Notes under the pieces: model-generated
Database searches by the model: none
Seen by the model: the letters and a program-made list of their open reading frames with translations, nothing else
What the model was told of the DNA's origin: nothing
Assembly: GCA_964244895.1 (NCBI GenBank)
Contig: CAXTKV010000147.1
Span: 1-13,563, forward strand
Source: an uncultured Deinococcales bacterium
GTDB taxonomy: Bacteria > Deinococcota > Deinococci > Deinococcales > JAAFIG01
Reading direction: 5' to 3'
DNA length: 13,563 nt
Program-made: the position numbers and the translations under genes
Shown here: positions 1 through 7,454 of the stretch, piece by piece
Numbering within the stretch: position 1 is the first letter of the stretch
Layout of the letters: every line of letters starts with the position of its first letter

Positions 1-139
1 CCAGCGCGTCATCCGGTGGTGGCCAGGCCAGGCACGGGCTCGAGAATCCCGTCTCGTAGCGCCAGCCGCGCAGCACCTCGAGATGCTGCGCGTTCAGGGA
101 ACGAAGGTGGAGGTCTTGACCGTCGAGCGCGCCCGGCAT
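1..139 (-). CDS. N-terminal part of a CDS running off the left edge; possibly a RimJ/RimL-type GNAT acetyltransferase
   Basis: Manual translation from ATG at 139: MPGALDGQDLHLRSLNAQHLEVLRGWRYETGFSSPCLAWPPPDDAL, open to the edge. TAGACT -10 lies 7 nt upstream (147-152). The pattern L-x-G-x-x-L-x-LR-x-L...L..W resembles RimJ/RimL N-termini; the product call is weak. Confidence 0.55.
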   Translation of the reverse strand, partial: MPGALDGQDLHLRSLNAQHLEVLRGWRYETGFSSPCLAWPPPDDAL

Positions 140-183
140 CGGCTCCAGTCTAACGCCTGAAACGCTTCAACACAGGCTGTTCC

Positions 184-1014
184 TCACGATGTTTTGGGCT
201 CGCGAGGCGATTTTGCGCGGGTTGGTTTTGCGGCGGCGACCAGCCCCGAAAGCGCGAGATCGTAATCCATCACGACCGGTGCGTGATCCGAAAAGAATTC
301 GGTTTTGTAAATAGACGCGGCCCGCGTGACCGCGCCCAATCCCGGCGTGGTGAACTGGTAATCCAAGCGCCAACCCACGTCGTTCTCGCGCGCCCGACCG
401 CGATTCGACCACCACGAGTAATGCGCGGCGTCCTGCCCGACCGCATCGCGGAAGGCGTCCCGCCAACCGGAAGCCAGGAGCGCATCCACCCAGGCGCGCT
501 CTTCCGGCAGGAAGCCGGAATTTTTCTGGTTTGAACGCCAGTTTTTCAGGTCAATCTGCCTGTGCGCGATGTTGAAATCCCCGCCCATCACGACCTCCAG
601 CCCGGATTCCCGCAGCGTCCCGACGTGCGCCAGGAACGCGTCCAGAAAGAGCATCTTGAACGCCTGCCTCGCCTCCCCGCTCGAGCCGGACGGAATGTAG
701 ACGCTGGCGGCGCTCCAACCATCGAACTCCGCGCGCAAGATCCGGCCTTCGCTGTCGAACTCCGGCTCGCCCATGCCGTACACGACTTTCTTCGGCTCGA
801 GCCGCGTCAGCAAACCCACGCCGCTGTAACCGGGTTTTTCGGCCAGATTCCAGTAGGCGTGATAGCCATCCAGCAAGACTTCCGGCAGGTGATGCTGCTG
901 CGCCCGGACTTCCTGAAGCAAGATCACGTCCGCGTCCTGCGTTTTGATCCATTCCAGCGCGCCCTTGGTGGTGGCCGACCGGATGCCGTTGAGGTTCAGG
1001 GTAATCGCGCGCAT
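184..1014 (-). CDS. xth: Exodeoxyribonuclease III / AP endonuclease (EEP family)
   Basis: Motifs NLNGIR, LQE, GYSGV, DSEGR, YIPSG, GDFN, SGFLPEER, YSWWSNR, GWRLDY and SDH are all present; short basic C-terminal tail. Confidence 0.95.
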   Translation of the reverse strand: MRAITLNLNGIRSATTKGALEWIKTQDADVILLQEVRAQQHHLPEVLLDGYHAYWNLAEKPGYSGVGLLTRLEPKKVVYGMGEPEFDSEGRILRAEFDGWSAASVYIPSGSSGEARQAFKMLFLDAFLAHVGTLRESGLEVVMGGDFNIAHRQIDLKNWRSNQKNSGFLPEERAWVDALLASGWRDAFRDAVGQDAAHYSWWSNRGRARENDVGWRLDYQFTTPGLGAVTRAASIYKTEFFSDHAPVVMDYDLALSGLVAAAKPTRAKSPREPKTS

Positions 1015-1167
1015 GATCGCGATTCTCGCACGCCGCGCTCGCCCAGAACCAGCCCGACCCTCGTGTCCTTCAAGTCCTGCCCTGCCTCGTTAGGGGAGGG
1101 GTCTTGCACCGACCCTTCGCCCAGAACCACCGCGAAATTGGCGACGCTCGAGCCACAGAAGCCAAAA

Positions 1168-1219
1168 GAGAACGCCGTCCAGCACGCAAATCTTGAAGTG
1201 CGTGCTGGACGGTGTTCTC
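1168..1219. repeat. REP-like inverted-repeat element (two 21-nt arms, 10-nt loop); may also terminate the aldo/keto reductase transcript
   Basis: GAGAACGCCGTCCAGCACGCA (1168-1188) and TGCGTGCTGGACGGTGTTCTC (1199-1219), one mismatch; 13 nt beyond the AKR stop. Confidence 0.9.
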
Positions 1220-1232
1220 GAGCCCGACAGCG

Positions 1233-2216
1233 TTACCAGCTCGAATGCACCAGGGCGCGAATGCTCGAATCGTACACGGCTTTGACGGCCTGCAAGACTT
1301 CACCAGACAGCGCGGGCGCGTCGGAAGCTTTGAAATTGTCCTCGGCCTGCGCGGGCGTTTTCGCGCCGGGAATGGCGCAGGTCACCTGCGGGAAGGACAG
1401 AATCCATTTGAGCGCGAACTGCGTCATGCTCATGCCTTCGGGCTTGAGCTGCTTCAACTCCTCGACCGCCGCCAGCGCCGCGTCATAATCCACGCCGGAA
1501 AACGTCTCGCCCTTGTCGAAGGATTCGCCCTGACGGTTGAAGGCCCGGTGATCGTCCTTCTCGAAGCTCGAGGTGGCGCTCATCTTGCCGGTCAGCAAAC
1601 CGCTGGCCAGCGGCACGCGCGCCAGAATCCCGACGTTCTTTGCGCCAGCTGCTTCAAAAAACGCGTCGGCGGGTTTCAGGCGGAGCATGTTGAAGATGAT
1701 CTGCACGGTCTTGACGTTCGCGTGCTGGATGGCGTCCATCGCCTCGGAGACCTTCTCGACGCTGACGCCGTAGTTGCGGATCGTACCCAGTTGCACCATC
1801 TCGTCCAGCAGCCCGAAAACCTCGGCCCGTCTGAACAACTCCGATGGCGGGCAGTGCAACTGCACCAGATCGAGCGCGTCCACCCCGAGGTTCTTTAGGC
1901 TCCGCTCGGCCCAGGCGTGCAAGTTTTCCCTCGAGTACCCCTCGAGGGTCTGCTTCGGCAAGCGCCGCCCCATTTTGGTGGCCACGATGATTTTTTCGCT
2001 GCGATCCTTGCGCAGTTGCGCGATCAGGCGCTCGCTGCGCCCATCGCCGTACACGTCCGCCGTGTCGATGAAGTTCACGCCCAGGTCAATCGCGCGGTGC
2101 AACGCCGCCAGCGATGTTTGATCGTCCACCGCGCCCCAGGTTCCACCGATGGCCCACGCGCCGAACGACACCGAGGAAACCTTGAAACCCGTCCTGCCCA
2201 GTTCTCTGTATTCCAT
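1233..2216 (-). CDS. Aldo/keto reductase
   Basis: MEYRELGRTG start, FIDTADVYGDGRSE (catalytic D/Y), ATK, SLKNLGVDALDLVQLH, PLASGLLTGK and IPGAKT. Start placed at 2216 rather than 2234 because TGT-CATGAT (-10, 2223-2228) sits 6 nt upstream and family N-termini begin M.YR.LG.TG. Confidence 0.95.
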   Translation of the reverse strand: MEYRELGRTGFKVSSVSFGAWAIGGTWGAVDDQTSLAALHRAIDLGVNFIDTADVYGDGRSERLIAQLRKDRSEKIIVATKMGRRLPKQTLEGYSRENLHAWAERSLKNLGVDALDLVQLHCPPSELFRRAEVFGLLDEMVQLGTIRNYGVSVEKVSEAMDAIQHANVKTVQIIFNMLRLKPADAFFEAAGAKNVGILARVPLASGLLTGKMSATSSFEKDDHRAFNRQGESFDKGETFSGVDYDAALAAVEELKQLKPEGMSMTQFALKWILSFPQVTCAIPGAKTPAQAEDNFKASDAPALSGEVLQAVKAVYDSSIRALVHSSW

Positions 2217-2301
2217 TCCCGGATCATGACACACGTTGTGTTGCTTTCCCGCGCGACAGGGGCTGGGTCAAGCCCAAGGGCATCGTTGGCTGTGCATCGC
2301 T

Positions 2302-2331
2302 GAGAGCACTGTCCCGAACGGTGTTCTCGAG
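2302..2331. repeat. Short degenerate copy of the REP-like element
   Basis: GAGAGCACTGTCC-CGA-ACGGTGTTCTCGAG; both ends match the family arms. Confidence 0.7.
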
Positions 2332-2494
2332 CCCGGAAAAGCGCGAGGGTTTTTGAACTCGAGCGGGCCGCGCCAAGGATGCTCTGCAAAGCGGTAGGAA
2401 CTGAAAGTTCCGCCGCCAGCATGCGCCGAGGCTGAATAACCAGCAGTGGGCCGCCCCCAAAAAACCGAAACGTGCATGTGTTCACTGAACCGGG

Positions 2495-2530
2495 AAAACA
2501 AAAGAGAAGACGCGGTTTTTGAACCGCGTC
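2495..2530 (-). terminator. Intrinsic terminator downstream of tRNA-Leu
   Basis: Minus strand: GACGCGGTT-CAAA-AACCGCGTC (9-bp perfect stem, 2509-2530) followed by TTCTCTTTTGTTTT. Confidence 0.85.
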
Positions 2531-2537
2531 CTACACT

Positions 2538-2624
<87 letters not shown>

Positions 2625-2640
2625 GTTCAGGGCAATGGGT

Positions 2641-2669
2641 ACTGTACTGGCTGGCGTTCGGATCGTCAA
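2641..2669 (-). promoter_or_regulatory. Sigma70-type promoter of tRNA-Leu
   Basis: Minus strand TTGACG (2664-2669), 17-nt spacer, TACAGT (2641-2646), 16 nt upstream of the tRNA 5' end. Confidence 0.8.
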
Positions 2670-2742
2670 GCCCAACTTGGGAGCACGATCGTGCGTTCCT
2701 GGAAAATCCGGCTTGCCGCTGCGCGCGCCCTCAACGCTTGGC

Positions 2743-2807
2743 CTCGAGAACACCGTCCGGCGCGCAAGATTTTCAATCTCGAGGAATGCGTCCAGGACGG
2801 TCTCCTC
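2743..2807. repeat. REP-like element (inverted pair)
   Basis: CTCGAGAACACCGTCCGGCGCGCA (2743-2766) ... TGCGTCCAGGACGGTCTCCTC (2787-2807). Confidence 0.8.
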
Positions 2808-2995
2808 AAAAAGCGGATCCGCACGCCACGGACATCCCCTCGGGCCGGCGGTCGCGCGGCCAGACGGGTGTGGCGACGCGATGAGGCTCATAGGCTCCGG
2901 GGTTCGCGCGGTGTGCGAAAACCGCACAGGCATTCAAGACTTTCACCCATAGCATGAATCGCGGAGGTCGAGACCCCGATGAACGAGGCCACACG

Positions 2996-4348
2996 ATGAA
3001 ACTGAAACGCACGACCGTCGCGGGCGCGCTGATGCTTCTGTCTGGGGCTGCCCTGGCGCAGGACGTGCGCGGACTGGGCATGGGTGGGGCGCTGCTGCCG
3101 GGCCCAGCCCTGGCGCAATACAACCCCGCCTATTCGGCGTACCCCGCTGGCGGTCAGAGCTTCACCTTGCCGCTCGGGCTGGTGAACATCTTTTTGCGAC
3201 CGCAACTCAACCCGTTGACCCTGCTGAACGCCTCCGGCAGCGACCTTTCGGACCCCAACAAGGGTTTCGATGGTCTGGCCTTCTACGATCAGGTCACGCA
3301 CCTGAACGAGTTCATCCTCAACCCGCCCTCGAGCCCGCGTTCCATCACGGTCGATGTAGGCGGTTCGGGTTTCGTGATTCGCGACGAGAACGGCAACATC
3401 ATCGACCTGTCCGGCTCATCGGCGGGTTCGACCGCCGACGTGCGCGGCGCGAGCGGCCTGGGCACGATTCTCAACGTTCCGTTTTCCCTCGGGCCGTTGT
3501 CGTTCGGGATCGGGTTGTACGCGGGCACGTCCGGGCCGGATTTCACGCCGGACGCGGCCCTGCGTCAGGCGCTGGCGGGCGGCGGACTGAAACCGAACAC
3601 GACCTATTCCTTGAACGCCAAGGGCAGCGCTTCGGCGGCGGTCGTGATCAACGCGGCCTTCGCCACACCGATCGACATCCCCGCGATCGACACCTTCCCG
3701 GCGTTCAGGTTGTACGTCGGTGCGCGCGGCAACGTCTTTTACGGCCTGGCCTACACGGACGCCGACTTGACGGGTTCGATCCAGACGAATTCAGACTCGC
3801 AGCCGGACACGAACACCTTCACCTACAACGGCAAGGTCTTCTTGTCCTACGTCGGCAACGGCACCGGTCTGGGCGCGAGCGCCGATGTGGGTGTGGCCGC
3901 CGACATCGACGGCGCGACCGTCGGTTTGGGCGTGATCGGGGCGTTGAACTTCTCGAGCTGGAGCGGCCTGACCTACACGATTTCCAACGGCAGCACCACC
4001 ACGGCCACGCCGGATTCTCGTTCGTCGGTCGGGATCAACCCGCTGGTGACGCTCAACGCTGCGTATTCGTTCGTGCCGGAAGGCTTTCCGGGCACGCTGT
4101 TGGTCTCGGGCGACGCGCGTTTCGGTCGCGGCGCGTTCGCCGGACATCTGGGGCTCGAGGCGGGTTTCGGTGGGCTGCTGTTCGCCCGCGCGGGACTGGG
4201 TTACGACAGCGGCCTGCGCTTTGGGCTGGGCGGCGGCGTGGTCTTCGCGCCGGGCCTGGGTCTCGACCTGGCGCTCACGACCCACACGGCTCCGTTCACC
4301 AACCATCTCGATTTCGGGATCGCGGCTGCGGTTCGTTTCGGGTTTTGA
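2996..4348 (+). CDS. Secreted probable outer-membrane beta-barrel protein, FadL/OmpP1/TraF/PorV-like N-terminus
   Basis: GAGG RBS (2985-2988); signal peptide MKLKRTTVAGALMLLSGAALA; mature N-terminus QDVRGLGMGGA...YNPA; amphipathic Gly/aromatic-rich strands; C-terminal AVRFGF with terminal Phe (beta-signal). Confidence 0.75.
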   Translation: MKLKRTTVAGALMLLSGAALAQDVRGLGMGGALLPGPALAQYNPAYSAYPAGGQSFTLPLGLVNIFLRPQLNPLTLLNASGSDLSDPNKGFDGLAFYDQVTHLNEFILNPPSSPRSITVDVGGSGFVIRDENGNIIDLSGSSAGSTADVRGASGLGTILNVPFSLGPLSFGIGLYAGTSGPDFTPDAALRQALAGGGLKPNTTYSLNAKGSASAAVVINAAFATPIDIPAIDTFPAFRLYVGARGNVFYGLAYTDADLTGSIQTNSDSQPDTNTFTYNGKVFLSYVGNGTGLGASADVGVAADIDGATVGLGVIGALNFSSWSGLTYTISNGSTTTATPDSRSSVGINPLVTLNAAYSFVPEGFPGTLLVSGDARFGRGAFAGHLGLEAGFGGLLFARAGLGYDSGLRFGLGGGVVFAPGLGLDLALTTHTAPFTNHLDFGIAAAVRFGF

Positions 4349-4398
4349 ACGCGCCCTAGCGACTGCTCGTACCCGAAGAACAACCCTGAAAGGCTCGC

Positions 4399-4980
4399 AT
4401 GAAGAAACTCTTTCTCAGTCTGCTCATTGGTGCGGCGCTGACCTCGTGTGCGACGTTCACGCTCGTCACGGTCAACTTGGACGCCGAGGGCTTGCTCTCG
4501 CCATCCTTGCGCAGCAATCAGATCAGCGCCCCGGCCACGGGCGGTTCCACGCGCTTGCCGAACGACACGGGCGGCGACATCACCAACTTGCCGCAACTGA
4601 GCTTTCTCGAGAAAGCCCGCGTCAAGCTGGCGTTGACCTTCACGCCGGTCGCGGGAAACGCCAGCGATCTGAATTTGACGATCGACCTGTTCCTGGGGCC
4701 TTCGAGCGCCTCGGATGTCTTTCAAACGCAGTACCGACTTTCCAGCACGACCGTCGTGGTCACCCCCACGACCGGATCGCAAGCTGCGCTCGACATCGCG
4801 CTCGACCCGGCCAGCACCGACGCGAACGCCCGCAACGCCCTGAGCGAAATCAAGAAGGGCAGCTTCAAGTACGGCCTGCGGATCGTGTCCGCCGCCAGCG
4901 CGGGCGGCAAGATCGACTACACGATCAACAATCTGGATTTCAGCGTGACGGGTTACCCGGTCAAGATCATCAAGCCCTGA
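4399..4980 (+). CDS. Lipoprotein of unknown function, predicted beta-rich
   Basis: MKK, hydrophobic stretch and lipobox LTS-C17; 50 nt downstream of the barrel gene on the same strand; GAAAGG upstream. Confidence 0.85.
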   Translation: MKKLFLSLLIGAALTSCATFTLVTVNLDAEGLLSPSLRSNQISAPATGGSTRLPNDTGGDITNLPQLSFLEKARVKLALTFTPVAGNASDLNLTIDLFLGPSSASDVFQTQYRLSSTTVVVTPTTGSQAALDIALDPASTDANARNALSEIKKGSFKYGLRIVSAASAGGKIDYTINNLDFSVTGYPVKIIKP

Positions 4981-5037
4981 AGCCGCGAGCCGCAAGCCGC
5001 GAGCCGCGAGGAAAACAGACCTCGTGGCTCGCGGCTT
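4981..5037. terminator. Heptamer tandem repeat (AGCCGCG x4) folding into an 18-bp hairpin; probable terminator between convergent genes
   Basis: AGCCGCG AGCCGCA AGCCGCG AGCCGCG (4981-5008); arm 4994-5011 AAGCCGCGAGCCGCGAGG pairs with 5020-5037 CCTCGTGGCTCGCGGCTT (one G-U). Confidence 0.7.
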
Positions 5038-5054
5038 CAATTCGAGGCGTACTC

Positions 5055-5112
5055 GGGGACACCGTCCGGCACGATGTTCTTTTGCTGCAAAAAAGAGCGT
5101 CCAGGACGGTCT
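5055..5112. repeat. REP-like element (inverted pair)
   Basis: GGGGACACCGTCCGGCACG (5055-5073) ... GCGTCCAGGACGGTCT (5097-5112), followed by a T run. Confidence 0.75.
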
Positions 5113-5121
5113 TTTTTTGAT

Positions 5122-7068
5122 TCAGTTGGCCTGCAACCAACCCTCGCGCCCGAGGTCTTCGATCGGTTCGGGAACCTCACCGAGTTGACCCCGGAAACCC
5201 ATCGCCAGATGATCCAGACGCGATCTGGCCGCCAGAGACCCGTGAAGTTCGTACACGGATCGCACCAGCAAGACCGCCGTGCCGACATTGAGCGGGTTGA
5301 TCTCGAGCAGGCGCTCCGCGAGTTCCAGGCAGGCCGCGTGCTTCCCGAGCTTGTACAAGTCCTCGACGGCCCGCAATCCGGATTCCGTCAGGCTCCACTC
5401 CAGGTCGCGGCGGTACTCGTCCGCCCAGACGCCGTCCGATCGCGGCAGGAACGGCCCGGCGTATAAAGCCAGCGCGCGCTGCAGACCCAATTCACCGCCC
5501 AGTTGCAGGGCGCGCTTGGCTTCCAGCGCATCCCATTGCACCCGCAATCCCGGATGCTCGAGTCGGTACGCGCCGCGTTCCGACGAGTACGGCAAAACCA
5601 GTCCCGGCACGGCCTTCGCGACCATCTGTCGCACCACGTGCAAATACCCGCGCGCGCTCTGCGGCGAGGATTCGGAGAACACGTCCGTCTGAATCTGCTC
5701 GAGCGTGGCCTCACCGCGATCGAGCAAGTACGCCAGCGTCTCGACGGTGCGCGCCAGACCCGTGTTGACCCGAACGGGCTTGCCATCGACGGATAGCCCG
5801 TAGCCACCCAGCGTGGTCAGGCTGACCTGAGCCGCGCCGCGGCCATCGAAGGTGCGGTAATCGTCCAGGAGCGCCCCCAGGTAATCGCCCGAGCGAGCCG
5901 TCAACGACAGGTGTTCGAGCACCGCCGGAAGTACGCGCAATTCCGCCACGAAGACCGTCGCGTTGCCCAACGCGAAACGCGCATCGACCGCGCGCGCCAA
6001 CCGCAAACGGGCATCGCCGGTGCGCCCATCGCGCAGCAGCGCTTCGGCCAGGTGCAGCTGCGTCAGACCGATCTCGCGCTCGAGCTCGAGCGACTCGAAA
6101 CCCTCCAGGGCCGATTCGAGCGCCACCAGCGCACCCTGCTCGCGCAAGCGCACCAGCAGCGCCCCGTGGCGCAAGGCCAGGTGCGCGTGCGTGCGCCGAT
6201 CATCCGCCAGCACCCGAGCTCGCGACAGGTGCGCCCTGGCCAGCGCGAAGGCATCGTCCGCCGTGGCGATCGCGGCCAGTTGCAGGCTGGAAAAGAATTC
6301 CGTGTGTGCATCGCCAGCTGCGCGCGCCAGAGCCACACCCTCGAGGTGATGCGAGGCGGCATCTTCGCTCAGGCCGCGCAGACGCGCCACCACGCCCGCC
6401 ACGTACCGCAGAATTGGCACGCTTCCCGCCGATCCAGTCGCGCGCTCGAGCGATTCTTCGGCCTCTTTGAAACGCCCGGCGTACCCCGCGCAGACGGCCT
6501 GCATCACCAGAAGCCGCGATGGGTCACCTGAAACGCCATCCAGGGCTCGGGCGAGCATTTCGGTGGCTCGGGCATCGCGTCCGAGTTGCGCGAGCACCAA
6601 CCCGAGCGAACTGGCAAACCAGGCCAGCACGCGCGACCCGACCGGATCGCCGAGCGCTAGCGTCCAAGCGTTCTCGAGGGCGTCCGCCGCATCGCGCAAG
6701 CGACCCGCCGTGAAGTGCAGCGCCCCACTCTCACGCTCTGCCAGTGCCAGCCCAAAGCTTGAGAGCTTCGTCTTGTCGAGCGATTCCAGCACGCCCTCGG
6801 CGCGGTTGATCTGTCCTAGCAATCGGTAAGCCGTGACCAGATTCGCACCCGCGTCTTCAAAGCCGCGCGCTCGGGCGCGCACCAGCCAGGCCAGGGCTTC
6901 GGCGGTGCGCCCCAGATTCAGCAGGCAAAGCCCCGCCCAACCGTCGTCCTGCGCACTCGGGGACTCGAGCGACTCAAAGTACGCCCAAGCGCCCGCTGAA
7001 TCCCCGCAGAGCACGCGCTCGAGAATCGCGTTGTTGGTCTGAATTGCGTTTGACAAGGGTTTATTCAC
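5122..7068 (-). CDS. Transcriptional regulator: N-terminal TPR-like helical repeats, C-terminal OmpR-type winged HTH and BTAD (SARP-like)
   Basis: About 400 aa of TPR-like repeats (WAGLCLLNLGRTAEALAWL, SLGLVLAQLGRDARATEML, LAEALLRDGRTGDARLRL). Then VSLTTLGGYGLSVDGKPV..ETLAYLL..EQIQTDVF..ARGYLH..GAYRL (wHTH) and ALALYAGPFL..WADEYR..LLEINPLN (BTAD). No P-loop seen; GTG start uncertain. Confidence 0.85.
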   Translation of the reverse strand: MNKPLSNAIQTNNAILERVLCGDSAGAWAYFESLESPSAQDDGWAGLCLLNLGRTAEALAWLVRARARGFEDAGANLVTAYRLLGQINRAEGVLESLDKTKLSSFGLALAERESGALHFTAGRLRDAADALENAWTLALGDPVGSRVLAWFASSLGLVLAQLGRDARATEMLARALDGVSGDPSRLLVMQAVCAGYAGRFKEAEESLERATGSAGSVPILRYVAGVVARLRGLSEDAASHHLEGVALARAAGDAHTEFFSSLQLAAIATADDAFALARAHLSRARVLADDRRTHAHLALRHGALLVRLREQGALVALESALEGFESLELEREIGLTQLHLAEALLRDGRTGDARLRLARAVDARFALGNATVFVAELRVLPAVLEHLSLTARSGDYLGALLDDYRTFDGRGAAQVSLTTLGGYGLSVDGKPVRVNTGLARTVETLAYLLDRGEATLEQIQTDVFSESSPQSARGYLHVVRQMVAKAVPGLVLPYSSERGAYRLEHPGLRVQWDALEAKRALQLGGELGLQRALALYAGPFLPRSDGVWADEYRRDLEWSLTESGLRAVEDLYKLGKHAACLELAERLLEINPLNVGTAVLLVRSVYELHGSLAARSRLDHLAMGFRGQLGEVPEPIEDLGREGWLQAN

Positions 7069-7155
7069 GGACGACCCGATCCTGGCAACGCGTGAGGAAC
7101 TTGACCGAATGGAGCATCAGCGACCGATCTCTAGGCTTGCACCAGATTTGCGAAC

Positions 7156-7163
7156 GGGAGGTG
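7156..7163 (+). promoter_or_regulatory. Strong Shine-Dalgarno sequence of the small peptide ORF
   Basis: GGGAGGTG followed by AAAC-ATG (7168); candidate -10 TAGGCT at 7132-7137. Confidence 0.85.
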
Positions 7164-7167
7164 AAAC

Positions 7168-7281
7168 ATGTTCCAGCGTATCAAACCCATGTGGTGGAAG
7201 GTTGTGATCGCCCTCATTGCTGTTGGTGCAAGCGTGGCAATGGCCGATCCCGGAGGATTGATTGGTCCGGTCGGCGGCTGA
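7168..7281 (+). CDS. 37-aa secreted propeptide MFQRIKPMWWKVVIALIAVGASVAMA-DPGGLIGPVGG (putative signalling peptide)
   Basis: Manually translated (below the ORF-track cutoff). Strong RBS, basic n-region, hydrophobic h-region, A-M-A signal peptidase I site after residue 26, TGA at 7279-7281, downstream hairpin. Confidence 0.85.
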   Translation: MFQRIKPMWWKVVIALIAVGASVAMADPGGLIGPVGG

Positions 7282-7310
7282 TCCATTCCTCGTTCCAATT
7301 TTTCAACCCA

Positions 7311-7351
7311 GACGCCTTCCGCTCGCATTCGAGGGAAGGCGTCAAATTTTT
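7311..7351 (+). terminator. Probable intrinsic terminator of the peptide gene
   Basis: GACGCCTTCC-G-CTCG-CATT-CGAG-GGAAGGCGTC (10+4 bp stem, 7311-7343) followed by AAATTTTT. Confidence 0.7.
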
Positions 7352-7360
7352 CTACAACCC

Positions 7361-7422
7361 AGAACACCGTCCAGGACGTGAATTCTCGAGCTCCAGGGAC
7401 ACCGTCCTGCACGGTGTCCCTG
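7361..7422. repeat. REP-like elements: one arm plus a compact palindromic copy
   Basis: AGAACACCGTCCAGGACGTG (7361-7380); CAGGGACACCGT-CCTGC-ACGGTGTCCCTG (7394-7422, perfect 12-bp stem). Confidence 0.8.
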
Positions 7423-7454
7423 AAACACTCATGACATCACAGTAATCTCACGGC

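Noticed and set aside
2808..2995. Riboswitch (e.g. c-di-GMP) upstream of the barrel gene; small hairpin TGTGCG-AAAAC-CGCACA at 2912-2928
   Set aside because: No riboswitch consensus recognisable by eye; the 6-bp hairpin alone is insufficient. An Rfam scan would settle it.
2954..2995. Upstream starts in the ORF track (2954; likewise 2234 and 12931)
   Set aside because: Downstream ATGs at 2996, 2216 and 13021 fit the RBS or -10 position, the signal peptide and family N-termini better.
7101..7137. TTGACC as the -35 for TAGGCT
   Set aside because: The spacer is 25 nt, too long for a sigma70 promoter.
7168..7281. Propeptide as a RiPP (lasso/microcin) precursor or type I toxin
   Set aside because: No modifying enzymes or dedicated exporter nearby, and the leader is a standard Sec signal with an AxA site. 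A small membrane toxin cannot be fully excluded, but no antitoxin evidence is visible.
7131..7412. 93-aa minus-strand ORF (and 7044-7445 plus-strand ORF) from the ORF track
   Set aside because: Both overlap the 37-aa ORF, which has a much better RBS, a signal peptide and a terminator. Both run through hairpin/REP DNA and show no recognisable protein features.
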